From: Carcharhinus amblyrhynchos
Taxonomy: Eukaryota
Assembly: GCA_965287045.1 (NCBI GenBank)
Contig: OZ336875.1
Span: 97,464,001 to 97,528,000, forward strand
DNA length: 64,000 bases
Direction of reading: 5' to 3'
Positions 48,140-60,510 of the stretch are shown here, piece after piece; within the stretch, counting starts at the first letter, position 1; every line of letters starts with the position of its first letter. The translations under genes were made by a program, and so were the position numbers. Under the pieces are notes generated by a model. That model had not been told where the DNA came from. It saw only the letters and a program-made list of their open reading frames with translations, and searched no databases.

Positions 48140-49349
48140 TGGGATTTTAAGACCGCGTTTGCTCCCAAGACCCAGAAATTCCCACCCGAGGTCAGCGGAC
48201 CCTTGCATAGTCCATCCAATTTTCTGTCCCATCCACTATTTTCGGTATCATTATCGTTATTAGGCCTTTACATATGGTAGCGCCCTCCCCCACCCCCCCG
48301 CTTCGTTGAATTCATGTCAGTGTGAGGGTATACTGAGTCGAATCACGGCAGGTTCCTCACAATGCACACTTGGTGAGCAGAACCCAATGGAGGCACAGGG
48401 GTTGGGGGGGGTGGGGGGGAGGTGGTTGGTCATGCCCAGGGCAATACCGTGGCATTGTCATGGTGGCAGGATGGGAAAATTCTACCTGATGAGTTCCTGA
48501 ATCCTTATCTCCTGCTGAGTTCCTGACATTCCTTGCTCCTCCCTCCCAATTCATCACATTCCCTGGCCTCCAGTTTATGACATTCCTTAGCCCTTCTCCA
48601 CTTTGTGACATTTCCTGCTTCCTATATCCCCCCCTGCCCATCCCATTCCTGACATTCTCGTTCCTGCATAGTTCCTGACGTTCCCCAGCTCTCAGCTCCT
48701 GACATTTGTCACTGTCACCATCACCATCCCTACACCAAGCTGCAGGGGCAGGAAGGGTAGATTTTGAGGGATGGGTCTGATGGCAGGAATATTTCTGGAA
48801 TAGGTTTTACATTTCTGTTGAAATGGTTCTTGCCCTTCTGCCGATGACGTAATGGGTACCTTGACATTGAACATTGGGATCCTCATTTGAATATTTTTGA
48901 TGTCATTATCATTATTAGGCCTTTATGTTTGGTAGCCCCCCCTTCCCCACTCCTCTTATGCAGATGAATACAGCCACCAGAGGTGGGGCGGGAGGTCACG
49001 CACAGGGCAATGCTTGGGATGTGTTGCACTTGTGGGTCTTTGGAATGTTCTTGACAGGGGACCCGTGTGGTGGGGATGGGGAGTTCTGCGAGGGAGGAAT
49101 GGGGATTGGTTGTGTGGGGGGTGAGGGGCACTTCTATTTTTATTTTCTTTAAATAACATACCCTTTTAGAATGGTGCCCCGATCTTTCTAAAAAACCTAA
49201 GTTCCTGAGCCAGCAGTGTGATGTCGTGGGACCCGTCCTGTAACCTTTTATTTGTTTAAGTGACAAGAAATACAGCAGAGGAACTGCGCAGCTTCCACCC
49301 CAATTTTCCTGTGTCACTGTGTAGAAAAATGAAAAAAAATTCTGCTCCA
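48140..49349. mobile_element. Composite MITE-like region with internal degenerate tandem motif
   Basis: GGGATTTTAAG start, AAATTCTGCTCC end, alternating G-rich/C-rich interior. Confidence 0.4.
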
Positions 49350-50076
49350 AGTTTATTTTACTTTTTACAATTATAAACGTAGCTGACCAGGGTCAATTTA
49401 ACAATAATTGTGAAGCTAGTACACCATTCTAAACACAGTTACATCTCATTTAGGTTTAGCTTTTTCAAGAGTTTTTAGTGTTAAAGTGGAAGTTTGTATT
49501 GATTCACTGATGACTTAGAAATTGTAGTCTGGGGAATGTTGAATCAATGACAGCAATTCTCAAATTTTCACCTTATTCTGTGCCTGTGAGGACTTCAGAA
49601 TTTTTTTTGACTGTTTGAGTGGAGTATTGACAGCAAACATTTACAGTTTTGTCGTTGTTACAATGCCTAATATTCTACGAGTAAGACTCCTAAACTGTCT
49701 ACAGAATTGCAGGAGGTTCTGGTGATCTTTGATAAATAATAAGCCTGTTTCTTTTACTCCATCATCTGGTCCTGAAAGTGTTGACAATTTCTCCTGGCTT
49801 CTCTGTTGCGGTATTGTTTGCTGTCACTCGTACTTTTTGACATGTGCCTTTTTAACAGACAACATTGGCACTTCTTCACCCCTTCCTGTGAATATAAAAT
49901 CAAAAGAACATTATGGCAATACTGCTGACGTTCACAAATAGCACGCGTAGAAATAGGGAGGAGAGATAGTGAAGAATCCTTTGCACCTAAGTGGTGTGTA
50001 TGGTAGCAGAATAAGCTTTGTTGGAGTTTAGTGGGACTCAAAGTTGATGGTTTCCTCCCAACCCTAAATGTGTAGT

Positions 50077-50295
50077 AAACAAAAACAGAAAATGCTGGAA
50101 ATTCTCAGCAGGTCTGACAGCATCTGTGGAAGAGAATAGAGCCAACATTTCAAGCCTGGATGACCCTTCATCAAAGGGGTCACATAGATTCAAAATATTG
50201 ACTCTATTCTCTTCCCACAGATGCTGTCAGACCTGCTGAGAATTTTCAGCGTTTTCTGTTATTGTTTCAGATTCCAGCATCTGCTGTTGTTTTGA
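50077..50295 (+). mobile_element. Fold-back Penelope-like mini-element with target-site duplication
   Basis: Inverted arms AACAGAAAATGCTGGAAATTCTCAGCAGGTCTGACAGCATCTGTGG / CCACAGATGCTGTCAGACCTGCTGAGAATTTTCAGCGTTTTCTGTT. Flanks CCTAAATGTG(T/C)AG at 50063-50075 and 50296-50308. Confidence 0.8.
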
Positions 50296-50711
50296 CCTAA
50301 ATGTGCAGCATTTGGGGAGGATAGCTGTGGTGTGCGCAAACTGAGCGCTTTGATTCAGGGAAGCAGGACTAAAATGCACTTTTCCATCCTGGTCAACAGA
50401 GAAAAATGAGTGTGCTTTGTAAGGAGATCTAAGGAGGGGGATAAGAGTTAGCGGCAGGCGACGGACGAGTTTGCTGAACTGAACGTTCATTGTTCTTCCA
50501 TTCAAGTTTTCCTAGATTATCTCAAATAAAATGATTGCGAGCGTTGTGCAGAGGAAAATGCCTTCTCAAATTGAAATGAATTTACCGACAGGCATTTCTT
50601 TGGAGCTGCTCCAGCTGTGCTGGTTGTACTTTGCAGAAACTGTGAGGAAAACCTAATTTGCAGCAAAATCACGCTGGTGGAACAGGAGCAGCTCTGAGTA
50701 ATTACCCAGCC

Positions 50712-50846
50712 ATGCACTGTGTGCCTCTTCTCGCTTCTGAATGTGATCCTGTTGAGTGTTGTCATGGTTTCCATGGTGCTGTGAAACTACTTGCCAACTG
50801 TTGTTCTCAATGTTCTGTTGTAGTTGAAGTCGCAGAACAAGTGCTG
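50712..50846 (+). CDS. Probable alternative first coding exon (45 aa, Cys-rich, phase 0)
   Basis: Kozak CAGCCATG, open frame MHCVPLLASECDPVECCHGFHGAVKLLANCCSQCSVVVEVAEQVL, consensus donor CTG|GTAAGT. Upstream 400 bp is repeat-free with local CpGs. Confidence 0.6.
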
Positions 50847-51329
50847 GTAAGTGCAACTCTACTAAAAGGAATTCTGCATCTTCCTGAGTATTACAGGAAG
50901 GATATATGTGCTATCTGTACACATGCTGCTATCTCTCACTTTCTTGTGTTGTCCTTTGAAATTGCTAACTTGCATTTATTTTACCTGGGTTATTGCTGGT
51001 CTTAAAGTAACATCTGCCCAAAAATCTCTTTGCCACTTTCAAGACTGTGTTGCAATAACACTTGGAAATTTGAGTCCATCTGGTAAATTTGACTTATCGG
51101 GAAGAGTGCAGCACAAATTTTCCTTCATTTCAGTGGATAAAACATTCCTAAGAAGCATCGGTTGTCTTTATAAAGAAGTCTGATTTTCCACAGCTATAGT
51201 GGACCCCAGTGATTTAAATTGTTAAGATATTCAAAAATGATCTTTTCTTTCTACCTGGGAATGTATAACTGATTTGTTTTTCTACTTTTAAACATTATTT
51301 CCTGGAGCTTTGTTTGCTACAAGTTATTT

Positions 51330-51612
51330 CAGTGATTAGCATTATTGCCTCACAGGGCCAGGGACCTGGGTTTGATTCCTGGTTTGGGTAACTGTCTGTG
51401 TGGAATCTGCACATTGTGTGTATGGGCTTCCTCTGGGGGCACCAGTTTCCCCCCATAGTCCGAAACGTGCTGGTTAGGTGAACTGGCCATGCTCACATCT
51501 CCCTCGGTGTACCCGAAAAGGCACCGGGAGTGTGGCGACTAGGGGATTTTTGCTTTAACTTCATTGCAGTGTTAATATAAGCCAAATTGTGACATGAATA
51601 AATAAACTTTAA
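51330..51612 (+). mobile_element. V-SINE with alternative tail
   Basis: Same tail as 38157-38437. Confidence 0.85.
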
Positions 51613-52249
51613 ACTTTTTCTTAATAAACCCCAAAAGGTTAGCGACCAAAGCAAAAGTGGATGAGAAAATTGAGCATCGTTAGAAGTGCAAAACTGAATT
51701 TCTTGTTGAAAACAATTCTTGTTGAATACAGTTTCAGTGGACACATCCTACCACTGCTTAAGAGGAAATCTCTAAGATGAACCATTCTTTGATTTGAAAG
51801 GCTCTGTTCTTTCATCTCCCTCATTCATTTATCTTTCTTCTTCCTTTATTTTTAATGCCAGTTTATTCGGAAATGGATTGGCTCCTGGGATCATCAGAGA
51901 CTGATGACAAGGCAAAACGTTTTAACTCCGTTATGTTAAGATTTGCAGTTTTCCAAGCGCAGGTTAGCTCTTGTTATGATCTGTATGGAAACACAATTAA
52001 GTGGGATGTTCAGAGGTTTTTAGTATTGCCTTAGGTTTTGCATCATCCAAATAAATAGTGGAATTCCTAAACAGGTGTTTATATTGCATTTATTTATTGC
52101 TTTGGATTATTAAAAATAATTGGAAAGAAATTTTAGCACAATTTGAAAACTCTGAATAGGTGAAGAACATTCCACAACTGTATGGGTCATGAAAAATGAT
52201 ATTGCAGCCATGACTAGGACTAGAACTCTTCAGGCCAAGGCAACATAAA

Positions 52250-52478
52250 ATAAATTCAAAACAAAACACTGTTGATGTTGGAAATACTTGGCAGGTCAAG
52301 CAGCACCAGTGGCAAGAGAAACAGAGTTAACCTTTCAGATCAACGACTGTAGCCAGATAACCATTACCATACCAAACCGTTATATCTTTCTGCAAAATAA
52401 AATGGACAGGTATATCTGATGAAAGACCATTGATCTGAAATGTTAACACTGTTTCTCCCTTCTCATTTTCTGACTGAC
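52250..52478 (-). mobile_element. Decayed fold-back Penelope-like remnant
   Basis: Inverted GAGAAACAGAGTTAAC / GTTAACACTGTTTCTC arms; CTGATGA-AAGACCATTGATCT-GAAA core at about 52416-52440. Confidence 0.6.
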
Positions 52479-52779
52479 ATAGAATTATAGAACCCTAAGT
52501 GCAGAAAGAGGCCCTTCGGCCTATCGAGTCTGCACCAAACACAATCCCACCCATGCTTTACCCCCATATCCCTACGTATTTTACCTACTAATCCCCCTAA
52601 CCTATCCCAGGACGCTAAGGGGCAATTTCTTAGCATGGCCAATCAACCTAACCCGCACATCTTTGGACTGTTGGAGGAAACCAGAGCACCCGGAGGAAAC
52701 CCATGCAGACACGAGGACAATGTGCAAACTCCACACAGTGACCTGAGCTGGGAATCAAACCCAGGTCCCTGGAGCTGTG
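52478..52779 (-). mobile_element. HE1-like V-SINE
   Basis: Reverse complement of core and CR1 tail. Confidence 0.9.
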
Positions 52780-53614
52780 AATGAGCTTTTGTTCCACCAA
52801 ATCTGATCCTTCCACTGGTTAGGCACATCGTGTATTATTGAGCGAGTTGACAAGCAACAGATAAACTTCTAAGATGATAAAATCTTTTGCAACATCGATT
52901 ATATGAAGATAGTCAAGCTATTAACTCAGTATAATTGACAATAATAATTCTGAGAAGTTATAATCTACATGATCCCAATAGCATTAAAACCATCACGTTT
53001 ATTAGATATTCAAGAATTTGTGCCTATCCTTATAACTTTTGGTCAAAACTTAAATATACTTCGACAGCTCTTGCTTTTTGAGGGATGAGACTGTTAATGT
53101 TTTATTGCAGAGGATATCTAATCTTACTTGCGCTTCTTGTTTTTACTCTCCAGTCTCTACGTCTAATTGCAGCTCTCATGACTCATCATTTGAACACCGC
53201 AATCATGGCCCATCTTAATTTTTTTTACAGTTAAAATTAGTTCAGTCCCTAGCTTAGATTGGAGTCTTGAGTCCTAATGCCATCATAGTTGCTTCCTTCC
53301 CAGTGATCCTTTTTGAAGGTGGGGTGATCAAATTGCACACAACAACTCTAACTTTCTTTGGAGTCAGCAGAAGTTGATTGGCAGATGATTGGAGGGATAA
53401 TGAATGGAGCAGGAGCTAGGCTTGCTGGAGTTTGGTTTGGATACTGATGATTGGAAGCCGAGCATTTACAATGAAATGACGGCAAATAGGGTCTGTTGTT
53501 TCCACTTCCTTTGAAAGATATTGGCATCCAGTTGATTGGAGTGGTGTATGTGGGGCCCACGGAAATGTTTCAGGCTGCAGTTCTGGCCTAAAATAATCCT
53601 GAACATATAACTGC

Positions 53615-53845
53615 CTTAGCACTGCTGCCTCTCAGCGCCAGGGACCTGGGTTCGATTCCCGGCTTGGGTCATTGTCTGTGTGGAGTCTGCATGTTCTCCC
53701 TGTGTCTGCATGGGCTTCCTCCCACAATCTGAAAGACATGCTGGTTAGATGCATTGACCCGAACAGATGCTGGAGTGTGATGATTAGGGGAATTTCACAG
53801 TAACTTCACAGCCTTACTCATGTCTAATAAATAAATTTCAACTTT
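53615..53845 (+). mobile_element. V-SINE with alternative tail (internally deleted)
   Basis: GGTTCGATTCC B box; tail ..TTTCACAGTAACTTCA..CTAATAAATAAA. Confidence 0.85.
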
Positions 53846-54504
53846 ATTCTTAAGCCCTCTCACAATGGGAGTGATAACCAAATTTAATCCAATCCTACAG
53901 CTTTATATCGAAATGAACTCCAAAAGCCATGTTTCCCATTACCCTGATGGCTAGCTGCATCTTTCATTTCCAAAGTCTGGAGCACAAAGCACTTTTTTCA
54001 TAACTTCAGTTCCTCCTTACCACCTCTGAAAGATAAGAGAGAAGCACACTAGAAAGATTGTATCTTAATTACAACACAAAGTATTTCACAAGAAATACTT
54101 ATTGAAATTGCACATAGGTAAATGTGGCAATATGTTTGTTAAATTACAAGTTCCAGTGAATGGAACATGATCCAACAAAAAGAGCAAGATCCAATAACCA
54201 GAAATGAAATGAGTTCATACTTTTCTTGGGGTGATATGTGATGGAGTATTGACCAGCACACTGGGAGAATTCCATATTTGTGAAACGTCTCCTTAGAGCT
54301 TTAATGTTTACTTGGTGAGGGTTTCGGTTTAATATTTCGTCCAAAAAACATGCGTTTTTGAGAAACTAAAGAAGTAAATCTACAGGCTGTTCATTAAAGG
54401 GAGTTTTGGACAAAGCTTCAACCTCCCCTATGAAACACCCAAACTTCAAGAGATGGACATGGACCAGACATCAGCCCCTCACCCAGAGTTCAAAAGCTAA
54501 AGAC

Positions 54505-54690
54505 CTTGGATGCTGGACATCTGAAATGAAAAGAAAAAAGATGTGAGAAATACTCAGCAGGTTCAGCCGCGTCTGTGGAAAGAGGAACAGTTAGTATTTC
54601 AGGTCAATGGCCTCTGGTTGCAACTCTTGAAAGGTAATTGATTTGAAACATTACTCTGCCTCTCTCCCTACAGATGCTGGCTTTTCTACC
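54505..54690 (-). mobile_element. Decayed fold-back Penelope-like remnant
   Basis: AAATACTCAGCAGG..TCTGTGGAAAGAGGAACAG / CTCTCCCTACAGATGCTG arms. Confidence 0.55.
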
Positions 54691-54806
54691 CTAGTTACGT
54701 GATGGAATCCAAAATGACCACCAGTCATTCTATTATATGAAAAGGAAAGATTTGTATAGCTCCTTTAATCACCACTGGATGTCCCATAGTGATAGCCAGC
54801 CAACTG

Positions 54807-55550
54807 GGCAGCATTGTGGCATAGTTGTTAGAGCTGCTACCTCACAGTGCCAGGGTTCCACGTTTGATTCCTGGTTTGGGTGACTGTGCAGAGTCTGCAT
54901 GTTCTCCCTGTGTCAGCATCGGTTTCCTCAGGGTGCTCTGGTTTCATAAAAACATAAGAAATAGGAGCAGGAGTAGGCCATCTGGCCCTTTGAGCCTGCC
55001 CCGCCATTCAGTAAGATCATGGCTGATCTGTCGTGGCTCAGTTCCACATTCCCGCCCTCTCCCCATAACCCTTAATCCCCCCTCTCATCAAAAACCCATC
55101 AACCCGCATCTTAAAAATATCTAGCGAGGCAGCCTCCACCACTTCAACGGGCAGAGAATTCCAGAGATTCACCACCCTTTGAGTGAAGAAGTTCCTCCTC
55201 AACTCCGTTCTGAACCGTCCCCCCTTTATCTTGAGGCTGTGCCCCCTAGTCCTACTGTCCTTTCTGAGCGGGAAGAGCCTCTCCACCTCTATCCTATCCA
55301 TCCCATTCATCATCTTATACGTTCTAAAACCATGCTAGTTAGATGCATTAGCCATGTTTAATTCTCCCTCAGTGTACCCAAACAGGTGCCAGAGTGTGGT
55401 GACTAGGGGATTTTCACAGTAACTTCATTGCAGTGTTAATGTAAGCTTACTTGTATGCTTAAAAATTGAAACTTAATTAGGGATGGGTAACAAATGCGGG
55501 CCTTAATGTTAATGTAAGCCTACTTATGACACTGATAAATTAATGAACTT
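54807..55550 (+). mobile_element. Alternative-tail V-SINE split by a CR1 fragment, itself inside a Deu-SINE tail (54740-55640)
   Basis: SINE head 54807-54945 resumes at about 55325; flanks read as the reverse Deu-SINE 3' end. Confidence 0.8.
54946..55322 (-). mobile_element. Young CR1 3' fragment
   Basis: ORF 55038-55313 nearly identical to the C-terminus of the other young copies; CATAAGAA tail. Confidence 0.96.
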
Positions 55551-55639
55551 AAAGGTAAGTACTTTTTAAGTGCAGCCATAATTGTAATGCAGGAAACACA
55601 GCAGCTAATTGGAGGCAGATGACTTGATAGTTGATGTAA

Positions 55640-55975
55640 TTGCTGCAGTGGTCCTTGTTCTTACATGATCACAATCTTTACATCACGCCTTTCCTCCACA
55701 GAGACATTTGTGCAGAGGCTGCAGGTGTGCCAGGTTCCCACGCTTGATGAGTTTAGGCAGGACAGTAAGAGCCGTTGGAGCTTTTCCCATGCCAAGTGAG
55801 TCAATGTCTTTGCTAATCTCCGGCACTGTGGGTTTGATGTCCAGCACTGCTATGACAGGCAGGATTTCTATAGTGTCTGCAGCTTCCTTGGTGATGGTGC
55901 TCTCTCTGGAGTACAACTCAAGATAGTCTTCTAACCATCTCTCCAGATGGTTATTGCAGTGTAATTAACCTCGAA
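55640..55975 (-). mobile_element. RTE-clade LINE fragment
   Basis: ORF 55683-55916 ELYSRE..PTVPEISKDIDSLGMGKAP..LQPLHKCL. Confidence 0.7.
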
Positions 55976-56014
55976 TAATTCAGTGTTTTTCCACTCTTAC
56001 TACTACTATATCTC

Positions 56015-56288
56015 AGAAGGAGACAATTCGGCCCATCAGGTCTGTACCGACAACAATTCCACCTAGGCTTTATCCCTGTACCTCTACACTAATCCCTCTA
56101 CCGACGCATCCCAGGACACTAAGGGAGGATTTAGCACGGCCAATGCACCTAACCTGCGCGTCTTTGGATTGTTGGAGGAAACCGGAGCACCCAGAGGAAA
56201 CCCACACAGACAGTGACGCAAGTTGGGAATCAAACCCAGGTCCCTGGTGCTGTGAGGCAGCAGTGCTAACCACTGTGCCACCGTGCCG
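56015..56288 (-). mobile_element. HE1-like V-SINE
   Basis: Reverse complement of head/core/tail. Confidence 0.88.
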
Positions 56289-56337
56289 TCAGTTAGCTTG
56301 TGAATATTTTCGGTGCCAAATTCATAACTGATTTCCT

Positions 56338-57055
56338 GGGTTAGACTTTATAGGATGTTGCGTTCCTTGACATCACCCATTGAGAGGTTGCCCGGCAGCC
56401 ATTTATATTTGGCTAGGGCAAGACTACCACTCCCATCTGGTGAGGAAATCCCATCTTAAATGGCTGCTGGTCAATTCGATTGGTTGACAGCTTTTTCATC
56501 CCAGTAGCACCAGGTTTGAGAGATGGTGACTGCTGGGACAACAGCCAGAACCCGTAGGGGAGGAGGTTATGAAATCCTGACTGAAGGTAAGCCCAGGCCC
56601 TTGGCAGGGGGGTGGCAGGCAGGTCCCAGTGAGTGGGGTGAAGGCATGGGGAGCTGGGTTTGAGAGACCAGAGAGGGAGAGTTAAATGTGTGAATATGAT
56701 CAGCAGTGGGGAGGGGCAAGGAGAATGCCTTCAATGGGCATAGGGGACTCATCCATAGGAGGTTCTCCCCTGCTTCTTGCCCAGTAGAACTTGCCATGCT
56801 ACTTGCTTGGGCCAGGCCTTCCCATGCTGTGGGTAAACAGCAGGGATGGGATGGTGGTCTTAAATAGCCATTATTTGGCCTCTTAAGACCCTCAATAGAC
56901 CTCAGTGTGAGTGGACTGCCTGATGCCCCCACCACCTTCCACAATATGGGAAACAGATCAGGGGCAGAGGCAAAGATGGTGGCCATGCCACATACTGCAT
57001 TTTACTAGCCCCCCTGCCTTCAGATATACTGGTGAGGTACAGTAAAATCCAGCCC
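56338..57055. mobile_element. MITE-like inverted-repeat element
   Basis: GGGTTAGACTTTA ... TAAAATCCAGCCC termini; G-rich then C-rich interior. Confidence 0.55.
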
Positions 57056-57350
57056 ATTGGGATAAAAGTGAGACAAGGTCAAAACTGCCCATTCACTTAG
57101 TTCTGCAAAACCCTTTTGGAAACCTTTTATTTATATGACCACATTGTAGAGATATGAAATATAGAACAAATTCACACAATTGATCATCTGTTAGATGCAA
57201 TTAGATAATTCACACTTGCTCCACGAGACTGTTTCTTTGAGATAGTGTCCTCTCATTTAAGGATATTGCTATTGCTAACTGAACAACTTCAAATATTGTT
57301 AAATAGCCCTTCTGAAAACATTTGGTGAACTCTGCTGATTCATATTAGCA

Positions 57351-57660
57351 GGGTGCGGTACAGTGGCACACTGGTTAGCACTGCTGCCTCACAGCACCAG
57401 GGACCAAGGTTCAATTCCAGCCTCGGGTGACTGTATGGAGTTTGCACAGACTCCTTGTGTTTAAATGGGTTTCCTTCAGATGCTCTGGTTTCTTCCTACA
57501 GTCCAAAAATGTGTAGGTTAGGCTGATTGGCCATGTTAAATTGACCCTTAGTGTCTGGGGATTAACAGGGTAAATACGTGGGGTTATAGTGATAGGGCCT
57601 AGGTGGGATTGTTGTTGGTGCAGGCTCAATGGACCACCTCCTGCACTGTAGGGATTCTAT
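57351..57660 (+). mobile_element. HE1-like V-SINE
   Basis: Head, core, CTGCACTGTAGGGATTCTAT tail. Confidence 0.9.
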
Positions 57661-58254
57661 ATCAGACACAGGTGATGCGCTACCTAGTGTCAGGGAGCTT
57701 TACTTTGCTCTTAAGTCATTATTTACAAAGATTTAATGTTCTGAGTATCTAAAGACTTCACAATTGCACATCGAATCACTTGAAGCGAAATGTCTAGACA
57801 GACACCTCACTCCTTTTAGAGATTTAAACAATGTTGTTGCATCTCTGGGATTTTTGCCGTTTCCTCAGATTGTTCTCTTTGGACTGTGGAGCTGTAGACG
57901 ATTGTATAAATGGCTTTCACAAGTGTCTCTTTTTCTTTCACCACGGGAACTTTTTTCCAAGCATTGACGAACCCAGATCTTTGGCACGAGCCACAAAGTG
58001 TTGTTCTACTAAACGTGGAATGCGCTGCTTGAGTTGTGTTGCAACATCATTGATTTTCCCTATATGGAAGCACCATCTGAAGCAAGCATTACCATTTTCA
58101 TCATGTCCAGCTTATTCAGAGTGTAAACACTTTTTACAGCAGCCACTATAGCTTGCACAGTGCTACCAAAAAAGTTAATAATTCCAGCAAATGCTGTCTT
58201 TTACACTACAGCTGCTGCGCCCCTAAACGTAAAGTAAGTTATAAGTACCTGGTA

Positions 58255-58810
58255 TCATAGAACATAGAACAGTACAGCACAGGAACAGGTCCTTCAGCCC
58301 ACGATATTGTGCTAAACCAAATTAAACTGATTCCTTCTGCCTGACCTTGGTCCATATCCCTCTATCCCTTGCATGTTCATGTGCTTATTTAAAAGCCCCT
58401 TGAATGCCCCTATTGTACCTGCTTGCACTATCACCTGAGTAGTGTGGTCCAAACACCTACCACTGTGTTTAAACAAAACTTACTTCTCACACCCTCTTTA
58501 AAGTTCCACCAACACCACCTCCCCCCCACCCCGCGCCCCCCCCCCCCCTCACCTTAAGTACATGCCCCCTAGTATTAAGCATTTCAACTCTGGGGAAAAA
58601 GATTCTGTCAACCCTATTTATGCCTCATAATTTTATGAGCTTCTCTCAGGCTCTGCTGCTGTGGAGAAAACAACCCTAGTTTGTCCAGCCTTTCCTTACA
58701 GCTCATACCCTCTAATTGAGGCAACATCCAGGTAAATCTCTTCTGCACCCTCTCCAAAGCCTCCAGAATTAAACTCAATGCACTCAGTGCGGCCTAACCA
58801 AAGTTTTAAA
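58255..58810 (-). mobile_element. Older CR1 3' fragment
   Basis: CATAGAACATAGAACAGTACAGCACAGGAACAGG tail; ALERVQKRFT on the minus strand. Confidence 0.85.
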
Positions 58811-59331
58811 AGTATCTGTGTTTTCCTCAATATTAAGTGTATTATAATAAGACGGATGAGTCTCTGATGTGATTTCTGCAAGGAAAAGTCTGTTCATTAA
58901 CTTCAAGCACAGTTTTTGCTGTGTCAGATGCTGGTACGTACCGACATTTTGCCGAGTGCTTATTTATATTTTGTGCAGAGTTCATGGAGCTGTTCATTTG
59001 TACTGCAAACAGAACAGTGTCTGTGAGAACTTTTAATTCTTCTGGTTTGGAACAATGCTTTTTCCATCAGCACAAGTCTCGTCTGTCTGTCACCAGTGTT
59101 TAATTGGTAGAATAGTTTGCCAGTCAATTCCCCATTGGGTGTGAATTTATGTTTCTATGGATATGTACAACAGGAAAAAGAAACAAACTGTTAACTACTC
59201 ATTCGATAATGCTTAGAAATGTTAACTTGACCATAAAATGCAGAGTTTTGTTTTTAAAAAAAGCCTCTCATATTTGCAAATCTGGGGAACACTAACACAG
59301 TGTTGACCTGCTGTGATTTTATTCAAGTATC

Positions 59332-59634
59332 TTAGAATCCCTACAAATGCAGGAGGCCATTTGGCCCTTTGAGCCTGCATTGACAACAATCCCATCCAGG
59401 TGCTATCCTCGTAACCCATGTATTTAACCTGCTAATCCCCCTGACACTAAGGGGCAATTTAATATGGCCAGTCAACTTAAACTGCACACCATTGGGGTGT
59501 AGGATGAAACCGGAGCACCTGCAGGAAACCCCCACATAGGTGGAGAGAAAGTCCAAACTCCGCACAAATAGTCACCTGAGGCTGGAATTGAACCGGAGTC
59601 CCTGGCTCTGTGCTAACCACTGTGCCATCGTGCC
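59332..59634 (-). mobile_element. HE1-like V-SINE
   Basis: Reverse complement of head/core/tail. Confidence 0.88.
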
Positions 59635-60510
59635 CTGGTGGCATCTGGAGAAACATGAGCCAGATGCAGGTTTGGGTAGGGGACTTCCACTTCCCCACTG
59701 GAAGTTTGTGTCCCTGGGTTAGAGGGGTGGAATTACATGTCACTGTTTGGGAACGATGGGCAATGGCATTGGCAGCAGCGGAGCAGATTAAAACATTGCT
59801 GCCTTCAGTATGAAAGAGTAAAGCTGATTCTGTAAATCCTTGTGTTCCTAATCCACACTGGATCTTGAGCAACAACAGCCATACCTCTGCTGGGATAACA
59901 TCAAATGCACAATTACACTTAGAGACAAATATTTGTGTTCATTGAGCTCACTGCTCCTCAAACTACTCATTGCTTCACAGCAAGTCAAACACCTTATGTG
60001 GTAGCTCCTTTTCTCCTCCATCTCCTGTTTCCACAGCTTTCTCTGTTACTGCCCTGTCATTGGGTGAACTGCTAGTCAATCAGTTGTTGCCTTGTCACAT
60101 GACTGGCTGTAATGAGTGGGATCAGGCATCAGTGGAAATCTGGCTGTGCGTGAGATCCCAGCTTCATGAAGCATCAATTGGGACAACAGTAGAATTTTCT
60201 CCATGTGCCACGTGCATTAATAATCAAATGCAGGAACCTACAACTGAAAAAACCTGACATTTTCTCCGAGTTAAGTCTATTTTTCATTAAAATTCATTTA
60301 ACCTTCAACTGGAGTAGGTGTGAATGGAGATTTTTTTAACTCAAAATTTAATGCAACTTTATATAAAGCACCAAATACCAAGCCGTACTTTCAGCAATGA
60401 AAATCAAGGTTTTGAATTGAGATCCTGTGCATGGGTACTTCTGATGAAGAACCATTTTCATGAAATCACAAAAATGTGTCAATTTTGTGAGACCATTATG
60501 AATAAGGAAA

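Noticed and set aside
48490-48710. CRISPR-like repeat-spacer array
   Set aside because: Repeats are short, degenerate and irregularly spaced, spacers are low-complexity, there are no cas genes, and the context is vertebrate.
50658-51005. 115-aa single-exon ORF
   Set aside because: TTG start and read-through past a consensus GTAAGT donor; better explained as the 50712-50846 exon.
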